A DNA stretch of 52,771 nt from a virus (Duplodnaviria; Caudoviricetes), in the IMG/VR virus record IMGVR_UViG_3300006810_000062, positions 1 to 52,771 of that record; one strand, given 5' to 3'. Below the pieces are notes generated by a model. The model was given only the letters and a program-made list of their open reading frames with translations, was not told where the DNA came from and ran no database searches. The position numbers and the translations under genes were made by a program. Shown one piece after another: positions 44,667 to 52,771 of the stretch; within the stretch, counting starts at the first letter, position 1, and every line of letters begins with the position of its first letter.

Positions 44667-47147
44667 GTGGCTATAGAAAAAAATCCTAATGATAGTATTC
44701 CTAAAGTAGACAATGTTATTAAATTAAATATGGAACAACCAACTGAAGGTGTTAATTTTGAATTAGACCCTAGCACAGGTGAAATGGATGTTGAGTTTAA
44801 TTATGATAATGAAGTTGAAGAAGCAGTAGATGAAGAAACAAATTTCTATGATAACTTAGCTGAATCAATAGATGAAGAAAATTTAGATGATATAGCTAAT
44901 CAAGTTATAGAAAAATTTCAAGCAGATAAAGAATCTCGTAGTGAATGGGAGTCTATGTTTGAAAGAGGATTTGATTTATTAGGATTAAAGTTAGAAGATA
45001 CTTCAGAACCTTTTGAAGGTGCTTGTACAGCAGTTCATCCTTTATTAATTGAATCAGCAGTAAAGTTTCAAAGTAAAGCAAGTCAAGAATTATTTCCTTC
45101 TAAAGGACCAGTCAAAGTACAGGTGTTAGGAGAGATTACAGAATCAACTCAAAGACAAGCTAATAGAGTTGAAAGTTTTATGAACTATCAAGTAACAGAA
45201 CAAATGCCTGAGTTCTTTGATGAGTTTGAAAGAATGTTATTTCATTTACCACTCATAGGTTCAGCATTTAAAAAGATTTATTATGATGCATCGTTAGAAA
45301 GACCTGTAAGTGAATTTGTACCTATAGATCAATTTTATGTATCTTATTATGCTAAAGACTTACGTACAGCAGATAGATACACTCATGTATTATATAGAAG
45401 TCCTTTAGATTTAAGTAGACAAATAGAAGCAGGAATGTATTTAGATATAGACCTTCCTTCTCCTACAAATCCTAATCAAACTTCTATGGCAGAAAAGATG
45501 GACAATGTAACAGGTCTGTCTCCAACATCTGACTCTGACCCACAGTATGTATTACTTGAGCAGCATTGTTATTTAGAATTAGAAGATTACCCTACAGCAT
45601 GTCCTTATATTGTAACAATAGAAGAAGCTTCAGGTAAAGTTCTTTCTATTCGTAGAAACTGGGATGAAAAAGATAAGACAAAACAAAAGAAAATGTTCTT
45701 TACCCATTATAAGTTTGTACCGGGATTTGGTTTTTATGGTCTAGGACTAATACATTTCTTAGGTAATTTAACTATGTCAGCAACTGCAGCTATGAGAAGT
45801 CTTATTGATGCAGGTCAGTTTGCTAATTTACCGGGAGGATTTAAAGCTAAAGGTGTAAGAGTTGTAGGAGATAACGATCCTATAGCACCGGGAGAGTTTA
45901 AAGAAGTTGAAGCTACAGGTATGGACTTAAGTAAGTCAATTATACCTTTACCTTATAAAGAACCATCTCAAACATTAATGGCTATGTTAAGTTTTGTAGC
46001 AGGAGCTGGACAAAAGTTTGCTGATACGACTGAACAAGTTATAAGTGAAGGTTCTAATTCAGGACCTGTTGGAACAACTATGGCATTACTAGAAGCATCT
46101 AGTAAATTCTTTAGTGCTATACATAAAAGATTACATAAGTCACAAAGAGATGAATTTAAAATTCTTGCTCGTATAGATTCAGAAAGCTTACCTTCTAAAT
46201 ATCCTTATGATATGCCGGGATTATCAGAAAATATATTTAGATTAGATTTTGATAAACGTATTGATGTAATACCTGTTAGTGATCCTAACATTCCTTCATC
46301 AGCACATAGACTTATGATGACACAAATGGCTATGCAGTTAGCTCAAACAGCACCTCCGGGTATGTTTAACATGGAAGAACTAAATAGAACTCTTTTATCT
46401 GCAGCTAATATACCAAACTTAGATAGAATACTACCATCTAAGCCAGAGTCTATGCCACTTGATCCTGTTACAGATATTGAAGCAGCAACCAAAGGTCTAC
46501 CAATAAAAGCATTTGTAGGACAAAACCATGATGCACATATTCAAATTAAGACTATGTTCTTACAAGACCCTATGAATGGTGGTAATCCTATCATGCAAAG
46601 AGTATCTCCTATATTACAAGCTAATATACAAGAGCATACAGTTATGAAATATCAAGAACAAGTTAATGGTGTTACAAAACAAATGATGTCTCAAGCTCCT
46701 CAAGGTGATCCTAATACTAATAATCCTGCAGTTATTGAACAAATTATGGTTCAAGCAGCTTCTCAAGTTATGCAAGCTAATCAAGCGGCAGCACAACAAG
46801 GAGGTTCTCCTGAAGAGCAAATGGTTAAGCTTGAAGCACAAAGACTTGACCTTGAAAAGCAAAAGATACAAGCACAAATTGCTAAAGAAGCAGCAGAGGG
46901 TGCATTAAAACAACGTGACCTAGATATCAAAGAAGAAAAGATAGCATTAGATGCATACAAAGCAGGTGCATCTAGTTTAATGGAAGCAGATGAAAAAGAA
47001 AGAGATAGGAATAGTAAGACTGCTATTGCTTCTGTGAAAGTTCTTGCTGATCTTATTAAACAAGAAGAAGGTCAAAAAGGTACTGAAAGCATTAAGGCTG
47101 CTGATATGATTACTAAATTATTATCAGATGCTAAAAAAGGAAAATAA
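44667..47147 (+). CDS. portal protein
   Basis: GTG start with GGAGG; HPLLIESAVKFQ, GSAFKKIYYD, PGFGFYGLGLIH, LPYKEPS; follows terL. Confidence 0.9.
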   Translation: MAIEKNPNDSIPKVDNVIKLNMEQPTEGVNFELDPSTGEMDVEFNYDNEVEEAVDEETNFYDNLAESIDEENLDDIANQVIEKFQADKESRSEWESMFERGFDLLGLKLEDTSEPFEGACTAVHPLLIESAVKFQSKASQELFPSKGPVKVQVLGEITESTQRQANRVESFMNYQVTEQMPEFFDEFERMLFHLPLIGSAFKKIYYDASLERPVSEFVPIDQFYVSYYAKDLRTADRYTHVLYRSPLDLSRQIEAGMYLDIDLPSPTNPNQTSMAEKMDNVTGLSPTSDSDPQYVLLEQHCYLELEDYPTACPYIVTIEEASGKVLSIRRNWDEKDKTKQKKMFFTHYKFVPGFGFYGLGLIHFLGNLTMSATAAMRSLIDAGQFANLPGGFKAKGVRVVGDNDPIAPGEFKEVEATGMDLSKSIIPLPYKEPSQTLMAMLSFVAGAGQKFADTTEQVISEGSNSGPVGTTMALLEASSKFFSAIHKRLHKSQRDEFKILARIDSESLPSKYPYDMPGLSENIFRLDFDKRIDVIPVSDPNIPSSAHRLMMTQMAMQLAQTAPPGMFNMEELNRTLLSAANIPNLDRILPSKPESMPLDPVTDIEAATKGLPIKAFVGQNHDAHIQIKTMFLQDPMNGGNPIMQRVSPILQANIQEHTVMKYQEQVNGVTKQMMSQAPQGDPNTNNPAVIEQIMVQAASQVMQANQAAAQQGGSPEEQMVKLEAQRLDLEKQKIQAQIAKEAAEGALKQRDLDIKEEKIALDAYKAGASSLMEADEKERDRNSKTAIASVKVLADLIKQEEGQKGTESIKAADMITKLLSDAKKGK

Positions 47148-47339
47148 ATGTTACAAAATGAAATACAATCAATTCTTAAAAAAGAAATGGAAGGATTAAA
47201 AATTTCCCTTGCATCTGGAGCTTGTTCAGATTATCCTATGTATATGAATACTGTTGGTCGTATTGCAGGTTTGGAATGGGCATCAGTAGAAATTAAAAGA
47301 ATAGTTAATACAATTATACATGAAGAGGATGATGATTAA
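47148..47339 (+). CDS. hypothetical protein
   Basis: LASG...DYPMY...VGRIAGL. Confidence 0.7.
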   Translation: MLQNEIQSILKKEMEGLKISLASGACSDYPMYMNTVGRIAGLEWASVEIKRIVNTIIHEEDDD

Positions 47340-47755
47340 TGCAAGTAGTTACTATGGGAAATGGTTTAAAAAACGATGAGTGGATATCAGAAGAAGGAGT
47401 AGCTGATCCTGAAATATTACCTGAAATACCGGGATATCATATATTGGTTAGACCGGTATCAGTAAAAGAAAAAACTAAAGGTGGTATCTTTATACCTGAC
47501 TCAACTAAAAACGATATAGCTTATCTTACAACAGTAGGAAAAGTTTTAAAGGTAGGTGATAGTGCTTATCTTGACCAAGCTAAGTTTCCAAAAGGAGCTT
47601 GGTGTAAAGAAGGAGATTATGTTTGTTATGGTAAACATACTGGACAAAAGTTTTCTTATAAAGGTTACAAATTAATTTTATTGTTTGATGACCAAATATC
47701 TATGATAGTAGGTGACCCTAAAGAGTTAGACCCTACATTTAATTTATCAAATTAA
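47339..47755 (+). CDS. groES: co-chaperonin GroES-like
   Basis: GYHILVRP..EKTKGGIFIPD...VGKVLKVG...WCKEGDYV.YGKHTG...LLFDDQI. Confidence 0.9.
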   Translation: MQVVTMGNGLKNDEWISEEGVADPEILPEIPGYHILVRPVSVKEKTKGGIFIPDSTKNDIAYLTTVGKVLKVGDSAYLDQAKFPKGAWCKEGDYVCYGKHTGQKFSYKGYKLILLFDDQISMIVGDPKELDPTFNLSN

Positions 47756-47769
47756 TTATATACTTACTA

Positions 47770-47798
47770 TTGTAACTTAATGTTATTTATATTACAAT
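47770..47798 (+). promoter_or_regulatory. sigma70-type promoter for scaffold/capsid genes
   Basis: TTGTAA-N17-TACAAT; the two boxes lie in the arms of an inverted repeat. Confidence 0.5.
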
Positions 47799-47850
47799 AT
47801 AATTATTACGTAATTCGTTTGTTTCGTAAACTACGGGAAGGAGACATTTA

Positions 47851-48795
47851 ATGTCTGAAGAAAAAACTGAGTGGACTTCAATAGACTCTTCTGCTAATAA
47901 AGAAGTTGAAGAAAAAATTGAAATCGAAATTGAAGGACAAGAAAAAGAAGTAGATGCTGCTGCTCCTATTAAAAGAGAAGAAGGCATAGCTTCAGAACTA
48001 CCTGAGAAAAAAGAAAGTATTTCAGGTGCTGAAAAACGTATAAGACAATTAGTTCGTCAAAAAAAAGAACGTGATGAACAGATTGATTCTTTAGTAGCTA
48101 AACAAGTAGAACTAGAAGAAAAATTAAAAACAAAGCAAAAAGAAGCTGAGACTAGTTTTTCTAAAAGTTTTGAAGATACTGAACAACAATTAAAGAGTCG
48201 TATTGAAATGGCTCAGATGGTTTATAAACAGGCTCTTGAGTCTGGAGAAACTGATTTAATTGTTAAGGCACAAGAAAACTTATCTAATGCTCAAGGTGAT
48301 GCTACAGCTTTAAAAGTAAATAAACAACAGTTTCAGTTGAATACTTCTAGAGTTGAAGAAGAACCTAAAGCAGTTAATAAGCCTACTACAAAACCATCGT
48401 TTGATAAACAAGCTGTGGAATGGGCAGGCAAAAATCCTTGGTTTGGTCAAGATCAGGTAATGACAACATTAGCTCTTGAACTTGATAACCAATTAAAAGG
48501 AGAAGGTTTTGATCCTTCAGAACCCGAATTTTATGAGGAGATAGATAGCAGATTAAGGAATCAATATCCTCAAAGATTTACTAATGAACGTCAGCAGGAT
48601 ACGTCAATCCCTGCTCAAGTAGTCGGAGGAACGTCACGTAATCCTTCATCCACATCTAAGAATAAAGTCAGACTATCTAAAGAAGATATAAGACTAGCTG
48701 AGAAATGGGGAATACCACTTGAACAATATGCTGCAGAAAAACTAAAAGTGGAACGATCCGATGGTGAGTACACTTCAGTCTATAATGCTAATTAA
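47851..48795 (+). CDS. capsid scaffolding protein
   Basis: Acidic coiled coil; WAGKNPWFG; VRLSKEDIRLAEKWGIPLEQYA; lies between portal and capsid. Confidence 0.7.
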   Translation: MSEEKTEWTSIDSSANKEVEEKIEIEIEGQEKEVDAAAPIKREEGIASELPEKKESISGAEKRIRQLVRQKKERDEQIDSLVAKQVELEEKLKTKQKEAETSFSKSFEDTEQQLKSRIEMAQMVYKQALESGETDLIVKAQENLSNAQGDATALKVNKQQFQLNTSRVEEEPKAVNKPTTKPSFDKQAVEWAGKNPWFGQDQVMTTLALELDNQLKGEGFDPSEPEFYEEIDSRLRNQYPQRFTNERQQDTSIPAQVVGGTSRNPSSTSKNKVRLSKEDIRLAEKWGIPLEQYAAEKLKVERSDGEYTSVYNAN

Positions 48796-48812
48796 CGTGG
48801 AGGAAAATTAAA

Positions 48813-49310
48813 ATGGCACGTATAAATATAAAAGAATCACGTAATGTTGAAGCTCGTGAACTCAATACTAGGGAACAAGATATGGAATATAGAGAACCTA
48901 ATTTACTAGATATTCCTGAAAATGTTAAAGATCGTTTTGCTAATGAGGGCATGGCTCTTCGTTGGATACGTATAAATCTTCGTGGCAAAGATGATTATCA
49001 AAATGTTGGCAGAAGACTACAAGAAGGCTGGCAGTTTGTAGAACTAGCTGAAGTTCCTGAAATGCAACATACATCTTTCGTGAGAGATGAAGGTCGATAT
49101 AGTGGGTCAGTCTGTCGTGGAGACTTAGCACTAGCAAAAATGCCTATACAAAAGGCACAGAGTCGACAAAAGTATTATGAAGGTCAAAGTTCAGAAATGG
49201 TTGATGCAGTTAATCAACAGTTAATGAGCCAAAGTGACAGTCGTATGCCTATAAGAAATAATAGTAAAACTCAAGTTACTAAAGGAAGAACACCTTCATT
49301 TCAAAGTTAG
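48813..49310 (+). CDS. conserved head-module protein
   Basis: LRWIR...NV.RRLQEGWQFV...GDLALAKMP; GGAGG RBS. Confidence 0.7.
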   Translation: MARINIKESRNVEARELNTREQDMEYREPNLLDIPENVKDRFANEGMALRWIRINLRGKDDYQNVGRRLQEGWQFVELAEVPEMQHTSFVRDEGRYSGSVCRGDLALAKMPIQKAQSRQKYYEGQSSEMVDAVNQQLMSQSDSRMPIRNNSKTQVTKGRTPSFQS

Positions 49311-49368
49311 GTTTGAATAGGGTCGGAACTTTTGGTAAGTGCAATTTTTTAATTAAGGAGAATGAATA

Positions 49369-49983
49369 ATGACTACAACTAAAGCATTGTTTGGCTTCCG
49401 ACCTTCTCGTAAAAAAGGCAATAACCCTAATAACGAGGGAGTCAGTGAATACCCTATAGCTTCAGGCTATGCAGCAAATATTTTTACTGGTGATCTAGTA
49501 AGAATAAATGCAGGATATTTACAAGCCATTACAACTGTAACTGAAATTGCTCAAGGCATATTTCAAGGAGTTAGATACACTGAAAATGGTGAACAGAAGT
49601 TCGGTAGATACTGGCCCTCTGGTACATCAGCCACTGATATCTATGCAATGGTAAATGACGATCCTTCTACAGTATTTGAAGTTCAAGCCGATGCTTCTGT
49701 TACTGCAGGAGATTTATATGGCTCTCAAAACTTTGGAGTTACATTAGGAGCTGGAAGTACTTTTACAGGTAACTCAGGTCATGGTATTGAAGCTGCTTTA
49801 AGAAGCAGTAGAATTTCTATGGTAAGAGCATTAGACCCTGTAATGGAACCGGGTAACGATGTTAACTCTGCAACTGAACGTGCATTTTTAAAATTAAATG
49901 TTCGTATAATTCAACATACAGATATGTTCATGGACTGTGCAGTTACTGCACCTGCCACTGTAACTGATCTTGTATTCACTTAA
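49369..49983 (+). CDS. capsid-associated (decoration/minor capsid) protein
   Basis: FGFRP..YPIASGYAANIFTGDLV..DDPSTVFEVQAD; immediately upstream of the capsid gene. Confidence 0.65.
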   Translation: MTTTKALFGFRPSRKKGNNPNNEGVSEYPIASGYAANIFTGDLVRINAGYLQAITTVTEIAQGIFQGVRYTENGEQKFGRYWPSGTSATDIYAMVNDDPSTVFEVQADASVTAGDLYGSQNFGVTLGAGSTFTGNSGHGIEAALRSSRISMVRALDPVMEPGNDVNSATERAFLKLNVRIIQHTDMFMDCAVTAPATVTDLVFT

Positions 49984-50000
49984 GATAGGGAGAATAAAAT

Positions 50001-50942
50001 ATGGCTATAAATAGAGGAAGTATTGCTAAAGAACTTCTCCCGGGTCTTAATGCTGTTTTCGGCATGGAGTATGGGGAAGTTGCTAATGAGCATGCACCTT
50101 TGTTCGACACTGAAAATTCAGATCGAGCATTTGAAGAAGAAGTATTATTTACAGGTTTCGGTACTGCACCAACTAAAAGTGAGGGTGCTGCTGTAACTTA
50201 TGATAATGCTCAAGAAAGTTATGTAGCAAGATATACACATGAGACTGTGGCTCTTGCATTTGCTGTAACTGAAGAAGCAATGGAAGATAATCTATATGAT
50301 ACTTTTGCTAAATTAAGAGCAAGAGGATTAGCTAGAGCAATGGCTAATACAAAGCAAGTAAAAGCTGCTGATGTATTTAACCAAGGATTTTCTGCTACTG
50401 CCACAGGTGGTGATGGTCAACCTTTCTTTTCAGCTTCTCATCCAACTGTAGGTGATGGAACTCAATCAAATACTTTAGGAGCTACTGATTTATCTGAAGC
50501 TGCTTTAGAATCTGCATTGATTACTGTTTCAAAAGCTAAAGATGATAGAGGTATTTTAATTGGTTTACAAACTAAATCACTTCATATACCTTCTGATTTA
50601 GCCTTCACAGCAGATCAAATACTAAATAGTACATTATCAACTGCAATAGGAGTTAACCCTACTACTGCTGCTAATGGTGCTACTAATGTTAATAATATTA
50701 ACTCAATCATGAACCAAGGTTTAGTACCGGGAGGTTTCTATGTAAATAGAAGATTTACCGATACTAATGGTTGGTACTTAAAAACTGATTGTCCTAATGG
50801 TACTAAAATGTTTGTACGTTCACCACTACAAACTAAAATGGAACCAGACTTTGATACTGGAAACTTAAGATTCAAATCCCGTGAAAGATATAGCTTTGGC
50901 TTTTCTGATTGGAGAGGTTTCTATGGTTCTTCAGGTTCATAA
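50001..50942 (+). CDS. major capsid protein
   Basis: AINRGSIAKELLPGLNAVFG.EY, SDRAFEEE, RYTHETVALAF, DFDTGNLRFKSRERYSFG; followed by a terminator. Confidence 0.9.
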   Translation: MAINRGSIAKELLPGLNAVFGMEYGEVANEHAPLFDTENSDRAFEEEVLFTGFGTAPTKSEGAAVTYDNAQESYVARYTHETVALAFAVTEEAMEDNLYDTFAKLRARGLARAMANTKQVKAADVFNQGFSATATGGDGQPFFSASHPTVGDGTQSNTLGATDLSEAALESALITVSKAKDDRGILIGLQTKSLHIPSDLAFTADQILNSTLSTAIGVNPTTAANGATNVNNINSIMNQGLVPGGFYVNRRFTDTNGWYLKTDCPNGTKMFVRSPLQTKMEPDFDTGNLRFKSRERYSFGFSDWRGFYGSSGS

Positions 50943-50970
50943 TAATTTAGGTTTAAATTAATTAACTAAT

Positions 50971-51006
50971 AATGGGAAGGGTCATTGCATCCTTCCTATT
51001 TTTTTT
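50971..51006 (+). terminator. rho-independent terminator after the capsid gene
   Basis: GGAAGG-(10 nt)-CCTTCC stem followed by a T-tract. Confidence 0.75.
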
Positions 51007-51013
51007 GTATAAT
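50985..51013 (+). promoter_or_regulatory. sigma70-type promoter embedded in the terminator
   Basis: TTGCAT-N17-TATAAT. Confidence 0.6.
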
Positions 51014-51050
51014 AAGGTATACAAATTTATTTTTATAAAGGAAAAATAAT

Positions 51051-51356
51051 ATGTCAACTACAATGAGAACAGGATTTGTTACAGGAAGTGGAGCAGTTTT
51101 AGATGTTACCTCTGATGCAGCAATATCTGATACAAGAATTAGAGCTATAAATTATTCAGGTGTTGGTACATTTTTAATTACAGGTACGTCTACTGATGCA
51201 GAAGGAAATACTAATGGAAGTAATATTAAATTTGTAGGTACTACTGCTACCGACACAGGTTCAATTTATTTGCCTGACTTAGGTATAAGGATGCCCGGTT
51301 CAGTAAAGGTTTCAGCACCTACTTCAGCTAGTACTGTGACAATTTTTTATGGCTAA
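51051..51356 (+). CDS. small virion structural protein
   Basis: IYLPDLGIRM...VTIFYG; follows the capsid gene. Confidence 0.7.
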   Translation: MSTTMRTGFVTGSGAVLDVTSDAAISDTRIRAINYSGVGTFLITGTSTDAEGNTNGSNIKFVGTTATDTGSIYLPDLGIRMPGSVKVSAPTSASTVTIFYG

Positions 51357-52002
51357 TTATACTTATCTTGTAAATGATATTCTTGAAGCTGCTGAAAACG
51401 ACAGCACAGAATTTTTAAACTATATTCCTAAGATGATTTATAGAACAGAAGAAAGATTAACACGTGATCTAGACGATTATGGTTTAGTTTCTTATACGTC
51501 TGTAGCTGTGTCTAGTGGTAATAATCAATTAACTTTACCATCAGGAACAAGAATACTTAAGAATATAAATATTGTAGCTAATACTACAAAGATAAATTTA
51601 TTACAAAGAACTGATGAATATATAAATGACTATTGGAATGTAAGTGCAAGTACAGGTACACCACAATATTATGCAAGACGTAATAATGTAACAGTGTTAA
51701 TAGCACCAACACCTGTATCAACTTTTAATGGGGAGGTGGTCCACATATCTAGACCTACTACATTGACATCTGCAACAAATACAAATTATTTTACTGATTA
51801 TTGTTATGATGCTTTATTTAATGGTAGCATGGTTGAAGCTATGATCTTTAATAAAAACTATACTGCTGTTCCTTTGTTTGAAGGAAGGTATGTAGAAGCA
51901 ATACAAAGTTTACGTAATCAATCAAGAAGAACAAGAAGAGATGACATGCAGAATCCTACAAGTCCTGCAGGTGCAGACAATCCAATTATAGGGGGAAATT
52001 AA
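51349..52002 (+). CDS. head-tail adaptor-like protein
   Basis: TGTPQYYA, IAPTP, DALFNGSMVEA motifs. Confidence 0.65.
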   Translation: MANYTYLVNDILEAAENDSTEFLNYIPKMIYRTEERLTRDLDDYGLVSYTSVAVSSGNNQLTLPSGTRILKNINIVANTTKINLLQRTDEYINDYWNVSASTGTPQYYARRNNVTVLIAPTPVSTFNGEVVHISRPTTLTSATNTNYFTDYCYDALFNGSMVEAMIFNKNYTAVPLFEGRYVEAIQSLRNQSRRTRRDDMQNPTSPAGADNPIIGGN

Positions 52003-52003
52003 T

Positions 52004-52213
52004 ATGCCCGGAAAAAAGAAAAGATTTGGTAAAACTAAAAAAGTTTTAAATACTCTTAAAAATTTTGGAGTAGGAATGTTAGGAACTGCTCCACTTGATT
52101 TAATGGAGTTAGGATCAGCAGGAGGAATGGGATTAAAAGCTGCTCTTGGTTTAAAGAGTGGTGGAAAAGTTTCTTCAAAAATTAAAAAACCAAGTCACAA
52201 TAGATTATATTAG
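52004..52213 (+). CDS. small basic protein
   Basis: ORF track; GGGGG upstream. Confidence 0.65.
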   Translation: MPGKKKRFGKTKKVLNTLKNFGVGMLGTAPLDLMELGSAGGMGLKAALGLKSGGKVSSKIKKPSHNRLY

Positions 52214-52222
52214 GAGATTAGT

Positions 52223-52771
52223 ATGAGTGGTGGTATAACATCTATTCCAAAAGTTATAAGTGTAGGTAAAGATATTTTAGGTTTATTTACATCAGTAGGT
52301 AAGGGTGTTAAAAATAAAACAAAACAAACTAAAAATATAAATCGTAGAAACTCTATTCAGAATAAAACTACTGGTCAAATAAAAACTAATCAAGGCACAG
52401 GTACTAAGGTAGGTGTTACTCAAGCTCAAGATAAAGTAACAGGTCAAATAAAAACTATTAAAAAATCTAGACAAAATGTTATAGATAAAAAAGTTCAAAA
52501 TGCTAAAGCATTAGCAGGTGGTAAAAATATAATTAAGACTGGTGCAGTAGCATCAGCAGTTATTGCTACAAATAAAGCAGTTGATAATAAAGCTATAGCT
52601 AAACCTATTCCTAAACGTAGACCTAAAGATTTAAAAACAAATACACAAAAGAAAAAGAAAGTTGTTATAGATAAAAAACAATTTATGTTTGAAGGTAGTG
52701 GTTTACCTTACAGTGATAAGAAACCTAAAAAATTATCTAGTGTGGAATTTAAATCAGAAGTTATTAAAAAA
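52223..52771 (+). CDS. Lys-rich basic protein, N-terminal part running off the window end
   Basis: AGGAG RBS; 183 open codons MSGGITSIPK...SEVIKK with no stop. Confidence 0.75.
   Translation, partial: MSGGITSIPKVISVGKDILGLFTSVGKGVKNKTKQTKNINRRNSIQNKTTGQIKTNQGTGTKVGVTQAQDKVTGQIKTIKKSRQNVIDKKVQNAKALAGGKNIIKTGAVASAVIATNKAVDNKAIAKPIPKRRPKDLKTNTQKKKKVVIDKKQFMFEGSGLPYSDKKPKKLSSVEFKSEVIKK

Noticed and set aside
1-52771. Genome-wide stop-codon reassignment
   Set aside because: Coding density is high under the standard code, TAA/TAG/TGA all end genes, and no suppressor tRNA was seen
1-52771. tRNA genes, integrase, prophage attachment sites or host flanks
   Set aside because: No cloverleaf, recombinase motif or bacterial housekeeping gene seen; intergenic spaces are mostly too short

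Overview
The window is almost certainly a complete or near-complete, circularly permuted genome of an AT-rich lytic tailed dsDNA phage, probably a marine podovirus-like phage of an alphaproteobacterial host (inference). It has two arms. The + strand morphogenesis arm runs 42789->52771 and continues 1->22669: large terminase, portal, GroES, scaffold, major capsid, head-tail proteins, an array of tail-fibre/adhesin modules, internal virion proteins, lysozyme and holins. The - strand early/replication arm runs 42267->22670: small early genes, an HhH glycosylase-like gene, C5 DNA methyltransferase, MazG, T7-like primase-helicase, family A DNA polymerase, SSB, nucleases, class II RNR, a glycosyltransferase operon and the small terminase. 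I saw no RNA polymerase, integrase, tRNA or CRISPR array; host sigma70-type promoters occur in both arms. Most notable observations: (1) an operon with a glycosyltransferase plus a three-domain glycosyltransferase/SAM-methyltransferase/DUF115(Maf/MptE-like) fusion; (2) every Pro-Gly dipeptide I checked is coded so as to avoid CCWGG; (3) a C5 methyltransferase with three tandem TRD-like repeats; (4) four 25-bp repeats at gene boundaries in the early region; (5) an HhH-GPD glycosylase-like early gene; (6) a single in-frame TAA splitting the polymerase; (7) a 34-aa metallothionein-like micro-ORF missed by the ORF track. All family assignments come from recognising motifs by eye; no database searches were run.
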